Position numbers and translations under genes: made by a program. Positions 24,826 to 38,476 of a DNA stretch of 64,000 nt are shown here, in pieces. This DNA is from Laetmonice hystrix. Taxonomy: Eukaryota. Below the pieces are notes generated by a model that had not been told where the DNA came from, ran no database searches, and worked only from the letters and a program-made list of their open reading frames with translations. The stretch spans positions 33,048,001 to 33,112,000 of the forward strand of contig OZ249440.1 of NCBI GenBank assembly GCA_965235115.1, given 5' to 3'. Each line of letters begins with the position of its first letter. Within the stretch, counting starts at the first letter, position 1.

Positions 24826-25640
24826 GATGATGACGATGACAACGAAGATGAAAATGCTTCCAAGGATTTGGATGAAAGTTTATACGATGGTAATGAAAGT
24901 GAAAGCACATTCCAAAACGCCAGCACAAGAAAACAACACAAACAGGATCCATCCCCTGAAATGGCCGACAATGACACCAACTCGTCAGACATTGAGTTTG
25001 CCCCTTCCAGTTGCCCCGTTTCGACAAAGAAACCTCTAAAAACGAGAGGTGACCGCCGCATTCTGCCAGTGAAACGATCCCTCAAGCATGACGAACAAGC
25101 TTTTATGCCTGCGATGATGAGAGCCTTGGAAAAGATGATGTGGACAAGGTAGGACCTGCTGAAAAAGGAGATGATATTTCAGCGTTTCTGGAACACATTG
25201 GAAATCAACTTCGAGATATCAAAGACAAAAGACACAGAAGGATAATCCAGAACCAAATAGAGAACGTCCTGTTTCGCTGCCAGATGGACCTTTGGGAAGT
25301 CCAAGTCGGTGATAGGCCAGAGCCCCCTGCATGTGGAAACCTGTCCCGGCCAGAGCCCCCTGCATGTGGAAACCTGTCCCAACACTTAAACCTACCGTCA
25401 TACTATTTCAATAAGGCCAAATGGGGCCTCCCAAACAAGATTTCCTCCCGCAATAAGATACAATCAACAGGTAAATCAAGCAAACTTCCCAGATTCCTCC
25501 ATGATGAGCCCACACTTTGCAAGTCACCTCAACATTCTGTCACACACCATGGCTCACTACTGGCTCACTGTCACAGATGGCGACTCCTGACAACAGTTTT
25601 ACTGTACCCCATCATAAGTACTAAAACGAAGTCTGGACAT
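24826..25640 (+). pseudogene. Harbinger accessory (MADF/BESS-type) gene, last exon, decayed
   Basis: Acceptor tttgcag; acidic linker, then DDISAFLEHIGNQLRDI..IQNQIENVLF; divergent from the transposase fragment; 33-bp tandem duplication at 25314-25380. Confidence 0.65.
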
Positions 25641-25661
25641 CATAAATCAGTGAGCACATTG

Positions 25662-25818
25662 CAGGGCCGTAGCCTGCGGGGTTGGGGGCAGGGGGGCAGC
25701 TTTTTTCTTCTTTTTTTAACCCACACCCCCGGCCAGCTTGACCGGCGCAATGACTCGCTATCACGTGGCAGGCCTACTGCCCCCCCAGCCCAGGTATTTG
25801 GGCCAGGTTACGGCCCTG
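25662..25818. mobile_element. hAT-type MITE with a 5-bp TSD
   Basis: TIR cagggccgtagcctg/caggttacggccctg; TSD cattg. Confidence 0.85.
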
Positions 25819-25890
25819 CATTGCATAGTTATAATTACACTTTGTTCCACTTAACCTGAATTTTGGGGGAAATCGGAAAAAATTCGGGCT

Positions 25891-26316
25891 CAGTGCTGCT
25901 TCCAGAGCAAGGGATTGCGGGAAACGTGGGATTGTGGGAGTTTCCCGCAATTTTTTAACAGTGGCAACAATTAGAGTGGACCTGGGGCCACATAGTTACA
26001 CGTTTCAGCTTATGTTGGTGCCATGTAAAAAAAGGACAGAAAGACTTCCACTACAGGTACAGGTTCATGTTTATGTTTATTTTTTTTGACTAACAAGGAA
26101 AATAAGAGAATATTTTACTGTTTCTAAACGTGAGATTGTTGCTATAATACAGTGGGAATTGGAAAAACAGCTTCTCTTAAAATGGTTATGCAAAAGTAGC
26201 CATTTAAAGGAGTTTTATTTCTTGATATTGATTCACAAAAAAAATCTGATGGGCGCATTTTCTGTAAGTCAGTGGGGGATCTGGGCCCTTTTTCACAATT
26301 CCTAGAAGCAGCACTG
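25891..26316. mobile_element. hAT-type MITE with a 5-bp TSD
   Basis: TIR cagtgctgcttc/gaagcagcactg; flanks gggct/gggtt. Confidence 0.8.
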
Positions 26317-26849
26317 GGGTTAAACGAATGTTCAGCTTAAGAGAAATAAGGTTCCCTGGGCAGATCCAGGGATTTCTTTTTTTGGGGGGGGGGGGAGCTA
26401 ACCATCAGTCAAAATTATATTATATATTAGGCCTAGGCCTAAAACATAATATTATCATAATGGGATGATAAAAGAAATCAGGGATAACATCGTCCAGAAT
26501 TTTTTTTTTATTTTTTTATTTTTTTTTGGGGGGGGGGGGGGCTGGGGCGATGAACAAATAGAGCTTGTGAATCCTCCTTAGTTGGAGATCAGAGACTATC
26601 CGTGTAAACAGAACTTTCAGGTTAACCAGTAAAATGGCTTTTGGGAAATAAAAAGAGTATCAGATTAACAGAAAATTCTGGTTAAACGAATTTCGGGGTA
26701 AAAGAACAAAATATACAGCATGAAATAGGACATAGATCTGCAGGGAAATTGGAAAAAGTTAGGCTTAAAGCTAGACGCAATGCTACGCGCTGCTACGCTA
26801 CACCACAAAAAGCTCCAAATGGTTTTTAATGAGACTTAACACACCACAC

Positions 26850-27548
26850 CAGTGTTCTCCACAAGGCTCCAAGGTCGGGCGGGCCGCCCGACCTTGGCAG
26901 CGGGCCGCCCGACCTTGGTCACGACCGCCCGACCTTAAAATCCATTCCAATCGTCTAAACTCGCATATCCCAGTAGCAATGAATCATACTCCTACTGGGC
27001 CTTAGTCTTAGAGCTAGTTAAAATTACTTAAATAACGATTTGACACAGCCAAACTACGTCACACTCGCCGTCTGACCAACCCAGGCCCCCTACGTTAAGT
27101 GGAATCGCCCACCGCACAGTGACTGGGGACAGCCCATTCTATGCTGTAAGGGTTGGTGAGCAGCGTAGCCATAGCAACGACCGGGTCGGCCACTGTGTTC
27201 TACCGCTGATCTATCGAGCTGGGGGCATTTGGAATCATCCTGGGCGTAAAGTGTAATAAAAATTAAGTAAAATTAGCTCTTCGTTGTGGCATACTGTTCT
27301 GGCTCAGGATTATAACCATGGTTTTCTGAACTTGGTCAGTTAAAAATAGGCGATTGGGGTGCCTTCCGAGAGCAGTCATTTTCTCTCCCAGATGCCGGGA
27401 AATCGCATCTCCGGGCTTCTACAGTTCATAATTTTCTGGGGGAGGACCCCCAGACCCCCCCCCCAACCAAACGGCGCTCGCCTCTCGCGCCTTCGGTGCT
27501 CGTCACATCGGGCCGCCAGACCTTGGCCCGACCCTGTGGAGAACACTG
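26850..27548. mobile_element. hAT-type MITE with a 5-bp TSD
   Basis: TIR cagtgttctccaca/tgtggagaacactg; TSD cacac; subterminal gccgcccgaccttgg repeats. Confidence 0.85.
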
Positions 27549-29145
27549 CACACGCTACACGCGATGCAACGCCACGCGACACCGTGCGTCAAAATCAGAA
27601 AAATGGTCGTGGGGCTTTTTGTAGCGCATGTCGCAATGAAGCGTTTCGTTGTATCGGGGTTTTCTCACACTGATACCATGTTTTGTCCATTTTAACACAT
27701 CGTAGGCAGTCTCACAAAGCGTGCAGCGGTGCGTAAATTTTCTGACGTTGTATATTGTGACCGTGGGAAATTTCGGGATGGGGAGGCAGTTTCGCCGATT
27801 CATTCAGTCGCGCTCGTCAAACTTTGTCTCATCGGTAATTTTTGAAGTGGTAACACATCAAGGGAAGTTGGACCAAAAATCGCTCAAATCGGGTAAGTAT
27901 TCGCTATTTGGCGGTAGATTCAGCATTTTTTTATTTCCTGGCAAACATTAGCACCCCGCTATAAAGAAATATTATGATGGACTCAGAGCAAATACCCCAG
28001 AAACGTGATCCCCAGATCATATTCTGCCAAGAAAAAAAAAATCCACTGCCTAGGTTGTAGCTCAGGCTTCCATTTACAGCCCACAAATCGGGGTACCTGC
28101 CCTGGCTGGAGTGGTGTCGCGGCGATAGAACTATTGCCTGTTGCATAATGTACGTGACAATGTCTCGGTCAACCCTGCAATCGGTTTCGTCACTGACTGC
28201 AAGGTGAAACCATGCTGGGCTGTAGTGTACTGCCGGCATGCAGAAGCCATCTTGGCATTGTTGCTCCTGTTGGCTGCTGAGGGGAAATCCCCATGCAAAT
28301 TTAGAGCTGTGACGTAGGGAATTTCCCTCCCTACCGCCTCGTTTTCATTTTTTTCAAATCGGCCAAGTATTTCCAACGTTTAGCGTGTGAGTAGAATGAG
28401 AGCCAAGTTCGCAATCAAAAATTTTATGGAAAAAGACACAGGGGCAGATTTTCATCTACATAGATCTTTAGTATTACCATTTATTATAACAAAGGATGAT
28501 CCAAATCTATCGTTGTGAAGGTTTTTTGCTAGTAGGGCCCGGAAAAAAACATGATTGCCAGCCGAGGAATTCCAAGTCCAAGAATGGCGGCTGAGAATTT
28601 AGAAAATTACTGGATTTTTGCAGAGCGATTTTAACTAACTTGTCTTGCATTATTCATGCAAGCAATACTTTGGGATGCTATATTAACATAATCAGTTTGT
28701 TCGACTCTGTTTAGAATTTTAATAAAGTGGATGATATTTTGAGATGATTGCAGATCGTCTTTCATCTTGGCCTGAGTATATTTGGTGGTGGTAGATCACG
28801 TGACCAATTTATTGGCAGTTCATTGGCTACTGTTGGAATGTTTACACAACAAAGCCACGTGTACTCTAAATTTCAACCCATTAAATGAGTTTGCTCCAGA
28901 TATTTAGATCTACTATCAGGTTTTTTTTGATAGATAACCTTAGAAATTAATGGGGAAATAATATTTATATTCTAATTATTAAGGAATTATGGGGCAGGGC
29001 TGTAAAAATCGTGTGTCTGCACCACCTGTCCTAAGACAGCCATGCAGACAACTAAAATTGTAAAAATGAATGTATTGTATAGGCCTGCGTACCTACCTTT
29101 CAACGCAAATCTGACAGATATTTTATCTATTTCAGCTCTGCTGAG

Positions 29146-32117
29146 ATGGACAACAAAGCTGTACTGCAGCTCTACACATCAATAGGTCTCAAAGAGTTAG
29201 CTGCACAGTTTAGTGTGAATGAAAAGTCTATGAGAAGCAAAATTTTGAGGCTGAAAGACCAAGTAGACGCGCTAAAGAAAAATCCTGCAAGAAATGCCCA
29301 ACGACTAAAAGAGTTGGAAGAACAGATTTTTGTGCCACCAGTTCAGAAGAGGCCACTAGTTGAACAGGCACTGAACTGCAATCTCCAGCCTGAAGAAAAG
29401 CGGCAAAGTAAGAACTGCGGAGAATGTAAAATACTAGAAAGGACAAACATAGACCTGTGCAAGGAACTAAAAGATGCCCAGCATGAGTTATGTGAAACGA
29501 GAAAGCGACTCACTGCAATGTCCATGTACAAACCGAAGAGGGTGAACCAATCTTTGAAAAGAAAAAACTTGTTAATCAGTGCCTTACGAAAACACAACAA
29601 AGAAATGAACGCAAAGCTAAAATCTATGGACCCCAAGGAAAATGTGTATGATCTGAAGAAAGAACTCAATCGTATGAAAAAACAAAAGCAAGCATCCCGT
29701 GCCTATTGGATAAAGAGGGCAGGTGAATATAAAGTATCAGCAGAGGAGAAAGACCAAAAACACATGCAGCAAGTCCAGGCCTTGATTGACAGAATCACAG
29801 AACTTGAAGAACTAGAACAGCAACACAAAGAACGAGAGAAAGAGGGAGAGGAGTACCAGAGCGAGAGTGCCATTATCGATTCCAAATTTGATAAGAAAAC
29901 ATACAATGACAAAATCAGAAAGTGTATATACTTTTGCTTGCAACACCAAGTGGCTGTTCAACATGCTGGCCCAATAATCAAGTATGTGATTGAGGAACTG
30001 ACGGACAAAGTGCTGGAAGTTGTGCCAAGCAAGTCCACTGTGGCTCGTATGGCTGCCGAGATGGGAATCGCCAGTGAGATTCAAGTAGGCGGGGTCCTGC
30101 ATGACACCACTGATGCAACACTTGGCTGGGATGCAACCTGCATTGAGGGTACCCACATGAATGAAGTCCACATTAGTACCACCACTGATGGAAATCTCAC
30201 CCTTGGTATCTCAGAGCTGCCTGCAGGCCGCAGGCAGGACTATGTCACCAACATCACAGAGAATATCCAGGATGTGATGCAGTCTTACAGCAAGTTTGCA
30301 GCAGTGAGTAGATTCTTTTTTTTTTAACAAAAACATTTATATAAGAAACATGGATGAAAAATTGAAATAGTATCACAGCAAGTAATTATATACAGTTGAT
30401 TTCTATCAAAGTTACATTGTATCACAGTAACTCTTGTACATATAACAGTAAATTTAAATTAATTGATAATTGTATCACAGTAAAATATGTACAATATAAA
30501 TTAATTGATAATTGTATCACAGTAAAATGTACAATATAAATTAATTGATAATTACAGGTAGATGAAACAGCAGCGGTCTCACAGGCCCATGGCAACCTGG
30601 TGAACACCATTAGTGACAGAGTAGCAGTTAACCATTGTGTGGTGAAGGAGCTGGAGGGGACATTTGGTCATGCGTTGACAGAGTTAAACTGCAATGTCCA
30701 TCCTCTGGATGGCATTGCTAACCAAGCCCGGAAGGTTTTGAAGGAGTACGACAACCAGCATGACATCAGGGGCAAGTCTTTCGGCAAGGAAGGTGCAGCT
30801 GTCAATCTCATCCAAGCCATTTGTAAGCTAAGATACAAAATGAGTCGTGGGGATCCTACCTCCTTCAAACAGTTTCTGCGGTGCAATGGTTTGTCCACAG
30901 GCATCATCGTCAGGTATGTAGGAAATCGACTTCATGTTCTGTTCCACCTGGCTGGCGTTATCTATGTCCTGGAACCCCTTCTACTGCAGTACCTGGAGAA
31001 GATGTGCCCGGTCTCCAATGGTCTGCGCTCAGCAATTCTGTTTGACTTGTCTGACAAGAACATATTGATTCAGCTCAAAGTCCTTGGCCTAGTTGGTAAG
31101 GCCTTGACAGGCCCATGGATGCAGCTCTTCTATGGGAATCCTGACAAGAAACACCACCTAGAGATGACGCCCATGATGACTGAATCAGTTCGCTTCTTGC
31201 AGAGTCTGGTGATGGCACCAGAGGACCTCCTATCCATCAACACGGATGCCTTTGGTCGGAGGATGGACATGCAGGACTCCACCTTGTTGTCCTTGAAGAA
31301 GCCGGTTCCACAACAAGACATTCCAAACTTCAAAGATGTAGTGAGGACTGTCACTAAAGGGGCAACAGAAGTTCTTGAACGACAGCTCAGCCGTTATCTT
31401 ACTGGTGATCTCTCTAACCCATCAAATGAACTTCTTGAAAAGACCAGGTCGGCTTCTGTCCACAACATCCATGCTGAACGCACCTTGGGGATGGTCGACT
31501 CGCAGAAGCGGAGAGCACCAAACTCATCTATGGAGTTTATTGATGGAAAGGTGAAATACACGCAAAACCAAACCCAGCGATGGCTCGAAGACCATGAGTG
31601 TAGCCCATATATAATCAGGGAGTGCATCAAGCTGGCAAGGTTGAGGACTGGAACACGGAAAGTCAGAGCAGAGAGAAATGCCGATATCCTTTTTGCAAAA
31701 ATGAAGGAGTCTGGCCAAAAGAGAGACAAAAGGAAACGAGGGCAGGTGGAAAAAGCTGTGCTTGCCCTGATGAAGTCGCAGTCTGTCACTCCAGAATCAG
31801 TCAGCGATGCCTTTGCTGAGCTATCGCAAGAGACGGCACTGGCACTCTCAGGACTTCTCACTAAGCCTGAAGATTTCATTGGTCGACACATGACACATGT
31901 GTGGTATGGGGATGAAGATGGGGGTGGTGACAACGGTAGGCAAACTGAGAAACTCTATAATGGACTTATCAGGAAGGTGAAGAAAACCAAAACTGCACCA
32001 AAGTTCACTGTAGGCTACTGGGCTCGAGAGGAGACCATGGATGATTCTGTGGACTATGTAGTTTTGATAAAGGAACTGGCTGCTGATGTGGTTCTGGGTG
32101 ATGTTTTGTTCTGTTAG
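29146..32117 (+). CDS. Intact two-exon DDE transposase, hAT-related (hATx-like), ~905 aa; exons 29146-30303 and 30558-32117
   Basis: Phase-0 intron gtgagt(30304)...ttacag(30557) joins the two ORFs in frame; LGWDAT, TISDRV, CNVH, GNRLHVLF, NIHAERTLG; N-terminal coiled-coil/basic region; aataaa near 32436. Confidence 0.85.
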
Positions 32118-32325
32118 ACATGGGGTTGATTGAATGATTGTATTTAGGTATTAAATTACTAGGGGTGTGCCAATACATCGTATCGTATTGTTCGTGATAT
32201 TGTGATCATGATGATTGTGTCGTGATACATGTATCGATACACTTGCTTCTGTATCGTGATTTCCAATACATCTTTCCTATGCAACAGATCTTGACCTACT
32301 TTCACTAATACACTAATGATACTAT

Positions 32326-32360
<35 letters not shown>

Positions 32361-32944
32361 TGTTATTTATTCAATTATGTGAATGGCCAATGTGTGATCC
32401 TTTGTTGCCACAATGAGTTTCATTATGTATGATTAAATAAATCCTGAATATCTAATGTCTAAACATCCTATTCAAACTTCTCAGACATGTTTGTATGACT
32501 CTTCGTTAGGTGTATAGTTTTTCAGGGACTCTTCAGGTGTATGTAGTTTTTGAGAAAATCTCTATAATATTTAAATAATTATATATTTTTCTATTCTCAA
32601 TTGTTACATTGTTTTTTTATATTTTAAATTAATTGTTCATTTATTATGTATAAATTTTAGCAACCAGTCAATATAATATATCTTATGTTGTATCTTAATT
32701 ATTATGCACAAATAGCATGATTGACATGCCATTTTAATATTTTATAACGTACAGGAAGTATTTACATCTTGCTGTACATACAAGTATGTGTCTATATTGT
32801 AAATAAATACCACAGATATTCAGTGAATTTACAGTGTTATTAGTGAAATTTCTTGGATGCCAGCCTCAGATATACCCGAAAACCAGACTGTATCTGAACT
32901 AATGCATAAAATTATGATAGTATAGTATTGTCTTTTTATGATGT

Positions 32945-33440
32945 TAACCTTAGTTTGACCTTGACCATAGTGATGCAAAACTGTTCCCAAGATGTTTCCG
33001 ATTCTGATGGTTTTTGTTTTATGCATTTATGATAAATACTTTTTGTTTTACAAACATTTCAAAATCCATCAAAAATTGCATGTAATGACCTTGACCTTAG
33101 AATGACCTTGACCTTGGTGATGCAAAACTGTCTGCAAGATGTTCCCGAGACTGGTGGTCTTTGTTTTATGATAAATAGTTTTTGTTTTACAAACATTTTC
33201 AAAATCCATCAAATATTCCATATAATGTGACTAATTATCATTAAAAGGTCACATTATGACCTTGACCTTAGAATGACCTTGACGTCGGTGATGCAAAACT
33301 GTCCGCAAGATGTTCCCGAGTGAGGTGGTGTTTGTTTTATGAATTTATGATAAATAGTTTTTATTTTACAAACATTTAAAAATCCATCAAATATTGCATA
33401 TAATGTGACTAATTACACTAATTAACATTAAAAGGTCACA
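32945..33440. repeat. Subterminal tandem repeat, about three units of 150-180 bp
   Basis: gaccttgac..gtgatgcaaaactgt..aagatgtt..tacaaacattt.aaaatccatcaaa repeated. Confidence 0.8.
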
Positions 33441-34634
33441 CTTTTTTATTATGTAAACAATAGTAGTCTGTGCCGGACTAAAGTGACAATTATCCGGCAC
33501 ATAAATGTCTCTAGCTCGGCTAATAATTGACCTAGAGTGATAATTTAAACACCAAAATGTTTGTAATTAACAGCTGCATTGTTTAAAACTATAAAAACAG
33601 ACATAGGAAGTCATTAAAAAAAATTTGAGACTGCCTACACATCGCGGATGACACGTCTTGAGCATGTTGAGCCGTCCTTGATAGCCCTTACCTTATCAAC
33701 CCCTAAAAATTAAAAAAAAATATAATTTTCGGCTGACTAGACCCCCTATATTCAGTTATAACTATAAGACCTTGGATTTTATTCCCAGACGCCAGGAAAC
33801 CCCACGATTGGCACTGTCTGTAGGCATAATTTTCAAATTTTGTCTAGAGAAAGGGCCCTTAGACTCCAAATTCCGGGATCCGTCCCTGACCCCCCCCCCC
33901 CCCCCCCCCACTCAGGCCCTGCTATAGTAATGGATTTGCCGCGTGGTGAAACGCGTGTAGTTTTTTCAACTCAGAAGCGCACCATAGTGCGCGATCGCGC
34001 GCGACACACTGTGCAGAATCAGGTGTGTTTCTAGCTTAAGGAGGGATGAGCGTCCTGTACTAGTTTACAGCAATGCAAGACTGGTTGTCAATATCTATAA
34101 TATTAGAAGACTACCACATTATTTGCACGCCTCCTGTTAAATGCCATTTTATGCACTATATAGGTCTATAATATACAAATACAACTTGTCATTGACTCAC
34201 GAGTGTCAGTGATGGTGTAGGGCAGGGAGGCCGGGCGGCGGCCTCCGCCAAGTCCCACTCTGCCTCGGAGGGCAGGAGGGAGGGAGATGGGGCGACAATA
34301 TGTAAATTTGGCACTGGCACTCATGATGCCCTAGGAGCCTCATTAGGACGGTAACCCCTTCAATGTTTTGTTGATTTTGACTCTGTTATTGACTTAAAAA
34401 ACTTTCTAGAAGTTTGACAATACTTTCATTTTTGACGCTCATTCCTCCTTAAAGTGTATATATATGTTATGGCGAGGGCTGCTTTATTGATAATTTATCT
34501 TTATGGCATGATAATGCAGTTCCCCTTAGTTTAAATATCTCAATGTGCACACTTTCTAATAAAAACGCGTGGATATACAGAGCTTTATCTGGGTTAATTG
34601 ACCTTTGAACTCGTGACGACACGAAAGGTGAAGC

Positions 34635-36312
34635 GTGAGTGAGTGAGTAGTGGTGTTTTTTCCGCCGTGTCGGCATCCGGGGCCATATTCACGGCGAAAA
34701 CAGGGTTAAAAGACCATGAAATGAAAGGAACCTATTTTATCCCGGGCCTCAAAGGGGATTTTATTAAAACACACTCCATCCTGTCAGCCCAACCAGGCTA
34801 TCGACGAGCCGGAACTATAAAAGAGTCAGAAGTCCAGCTTCTGACAAAAACTCTAAAATCACTCCTGGTCTAACATTGCTAATCTAGAATGACCAACTCT
34901 GCATTAAGTAAAAACAATTTCATGCCTACGTTGGGTTAGGCCGTGACGGTACCTTTGGTTCACGACGGGACTGATCTGATACAATTTATTGTTTGGTTGT
35001 TCATCCCATTCAGCCTGCCATTTGTTCCTAACGTAAGCCCAAATGGTAGGTCTGAGATCAGAGGCAGGGATTGGACACAGTTCGACGTCTGTTTCAAGAG
35101 CCCTCTTGGCAGTTTTGTCAGCTTGCTCATTGCCTGGGATGCCAACATGACCAGGCACCCAGCAAAATTGAATATCAAAGTTTGCATTGGCAAGCACTGC
35201 CAACTTGGACAAGATTTGAACGATCACTGGGTGATCTGTGTTCAAGTTAGCAAGTGCTTGCAGACAGGATAAGGAATCCGAGAAAATGACGAAGTCCTTT
35301 TCACTAGAAACTTCAATATTTTAAAGGGCAAGAAGCAGGGCCCGGGCCTCTGGTGAGAAAATGGAGCTTTGCCCAGAGATTCGGGTGCCGAAGTTGTGCT
35401 TGCTATGAACTGCTGCTGCAGACACATCATTGCCATCCTTTGAGCCATCAGTATAGAAGGCATAATGTGACGGATATCTTGCCTGGACGTCAAGACGTTC
35501 AAAATATGTCAGGGGATGAGTCTCTGACTTCTTCAGTTGAGCCAATTGAAGAATGACATTAGGCTTTTCCTGGTCCCAAGGAGGGATGGTACAAAAATGT
35601 GTCTGTCCCAATTAAGACGTTCAGATCAACATCCAGCCCCTCTAGATGAGGTTTGACCCTCAGTCCAAAAGGACGCACGTACGTTTCCCTTTGCTCATAC
35701 AAATGTTGGAACTGAGGGTGAAAAACGCAATTGTAAGCTGGATTTGACCTGTTTGTCCCGAACTTGACTGCATACTGCAGAGCCAGCATCAGACGCCTGT
35801 TGTCAAGCGAGGGCTCTCTGGCCTCCACATAGAGCCTCTGAACAGGAGACGTTCTAAAAGCCCCCAGTGAAAGCCGCAAACCCTGGTGGTGAACCGTGTC
35901 CAAAAGCCGTGTCCAAAAGCCGTATGTAGGACTTACCAGCAGAACCGTAAACTATGCTGCCGTAATCGAGCTTCGACCTGATCAAAGCTCTGTACAGCTG
36001 TAAAAGGACTGCACCGTCCGCCCCCCCCCCCCCAGCCTGTGCCAGATAAAACCTTGAGAACATCCAGAGCCTTAACTTAAGGCACCTGGATTTGAGCGAT
36101 GTGAGGAATAAAAGACAGCTTGCTGTCAAAAGTGACACCTAGAAACTTGGTCTCTTTAACAACTTTGACGGGATCTCCATCCATTGTCAACTCGGGGTCA
36201 AGATGGAAAGCACGCAGCTTGCAAAAGTGCATGCAGACCGTTTTAGATTTAGAAAACTTAAAGCCGTTTTCCACTGACCAAGTATGGATTCTATTAAGAC
36301 AAAGTTGCATAG
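34635..36312 (-). mobile_element. I-group (Nimb-like) LINE, 5'-truncated copy 2, with 3' UTR and tail
   Basis: WSVENGFKFSKSKT, LYRALIRSKLDYG, FYTDGSK, WVPGHVGIPGNE; zinc-knuckle region deleted near 34885; tail (actc)n on the minus strand. Confidence 0.9.
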
Positions 36313-36706
36313 GTCCCAAGTTCCCAGATTTGAAATGGGGGGTCTGGGGGCCCTCCCCTCGAAACATTTGAAGATGAAAGTGCCAAATACGCGTTTTCTT
36401 GGCATCTGGGAACAAAATCCAAGGTCTTAGAGTTAGCAGAAAATAACGGTTTTTTTCATTAACAATTCGTTAAAAACTCAGTCTGCAAAAATAAGGGGTG
36501 GGGGATGGGGGCAACAATCGCCATCTATCGGATTAGGCGACTTGATGTGGTTAAGCAAAGAAAGTGCCTGACGCAGGTACCTATTTTGAGCTAATTTTAC
36601 TAATTTACGTGTGATCAGCAGGTCAGCAGGTTTTGGTGCCGGTTTGCGGGTCGGACCCGCCAGATGCTGGTCACTTGGGGGGTCTGTGTTGGAGTTGTCT
36701 TTCAAT

Positions 36707-37102
36707 AGGGCGTTTAAGTATGTCACGAGAATTCAAGAGATTTCGCGTTAGCGGGACAAGGAGCAAATAGCCTCGCTGGTTTAACATTGGGATGGCCATA
36801 GGGAACAGTGACAGTCAACTTTGAAATATTTTCATTCTGCAGTCAAGTCGCTGTTAATGTTGAGCGTTACAATACATGATTACCGGGATGTTTACTCTAG
36901 GATAAAGTTTGTTTTATAGTTTAGAAAGTTATATTGTGAATATACAGGCTGGTTTTTGTAAACCTGTCGGCCCTGTCAATGTTAATCCTATGGGAAAATT
37001 TTTGACGTCACAATCGCTTGGCGCACTTTCGGCGCTATCGTGAGCTGGTTTGAGGCTATTTAACGTCATTTGCATATCCAGGTCACGAGACTTAAACCCC
37101 CT
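36707..37102. mobile_element. MITE family B, copy 2
   Basis: at|agggcgtttaagt ... acttaaaccccct|at; inverted homologue of 9176-9572. Confidence 0.85.
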
Positions 37103-37205
37103 ATGGCATTCATGTTTTTGCCTCAGCAGCAGACGTTAAAGTCATCAACTAATAGGCTGCAGGGCATGCCAGTTTTAACCGAGTTAACAATGTTGTTGAT
37201 CTTAA

Positions 37206-38476
37206 AGTAATGGTAAATTCTCAAATTTTTCGAGTATCACACTGATTCTGCCTTATCCTAACTGAAGAGAAACATGTAATCTTACCAGATTTGCCCCAAA
37301 CGGGATTTATTTACTCGTAATTATTGCGAAATTTGATGAGCAAACCTGCAGACCTTGATCGGTTCTGAAAAACTCGGCACGCGTTTTTGACTAGGGTGTT
37401 TACAATCATCCACTCGCAGAAACGTGACGTCGTACACAGTTTGGCCTGAGCCAAGCACTGTCCCCCAGGGTGCATTGCGCTAGACGAAAGCGAGGCTCGC
37501 ACCTGCTGGGTCGGGTGGGGGGGGGGGCTTTCCCAACGACATGCCGCTTGCATGGATGGCTTGCGGGCTAGTACAACTGAATCAGTGAAGAATCGTAAGA
37601 AGTATGCTCAGAATCAGGATAGATCGAAATGCCACGTCTATATGGCGGCTGCTTTTAATCGCTGGGTGAATTTACGGGAAGTTATTGGCTTTCGAGCAGC
37701 TTACAATGCCGGTGTTGCTTCGGTGCGAGGGTACCACACAGCCAACGTAGTGGCCCCCGGCCCTGCTCAGCTGCTGCTCGCGTGTTGCCAGTATGTCCAA
37801 ACCGTCATATCTCCTCTCAGAACACATTTCATCGGCCTTCGACCAGCTTAAGACACCGACTAAAGTACCATCATTCTTTTTATGGAATACATTTCCAACC
37901 AGTGTGGCAGCTAGATGGTCAACCGACGACTGGTCTATTTACGGCCGTGTATGGTGAGTGCGGTGGGCGGTGGGCGGTAGAGCTGGGCGGCCGGCCGCGA
38001 GGCGAGGCCCGGCCGGCAGAACAGGAGATTACAACAGGGAATCTCTCTTATGCTGGATTGTCAACAGCAAAACATATCACCCTCGGAGGCCCACTCGTCC
38101 CCCCTCCTGTCTAGATAATGTGAATACGACAGATGTATTTTGTTGTATTATAGAATATGAGTTAGATCTGGGCTACTTTGCTGGGTGATCGAAATAGGCT
38201 TGCTGAACGATGAGGGCGCCATCTTGTTTGGCTGCGTCATCAGACACTGCGTAGAAAGTCACGTGAGGGAATTCCCTTCCAGTTCAAATCGAATGGTGGT
38301 GGAATCATTGCACGTTTTTCTTTCGATTGATCGCGATTTTCGGTTATACTGCAAGTAGCACGCAGGTATTGTTCCTATTGGACATGGCAAATATTTGTAC
38401 ACGTCTTTAGTAACATGCAGGAAGTAATATTAGAAAATCGTTAAAATTTTCCTACATTCCACGCTATACTATGACT
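37206..38476. mobile_element. Kolobok-type non-autonomous element
   Basis: TTAA at both ends; imperfect TIR agtaatggta/tactatgact; ORF remnant DRSKCHVYMAAAFNRWVNLRE resembles Kolobok N-terminal segments. Confidence 0.65.

Larger units (their letters stand above)
27656..33687 (+). mobile_element. Putative autonomous hATx-like DNA transposon (~6 kb; ends approximate)
   Basis: Inverted 13-mer gtaggcagtctca at 27702 and tgagactgcctac at 33626, each ~46-49 bp inside GGG/CCC ends; encloses the transposase gene; no TSD found. Confidence 0.55.
26769..34036. mobile_element. Harbinger-type MITE expanded by nested insertions
   Basis: TAA|agctagacgca ... tgtttctagct|TAA; acgcg-rich subterminal sequence at both ends. 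Confidence 0.55.

Noticed and set aside
36478..36726. Possible retroelement protein fragment (RKLVKLAQNRYLRQALSLL)
   Set aside because: Too short, with no diagnostic motif, and both ORF ends come from neighbouring inserts.
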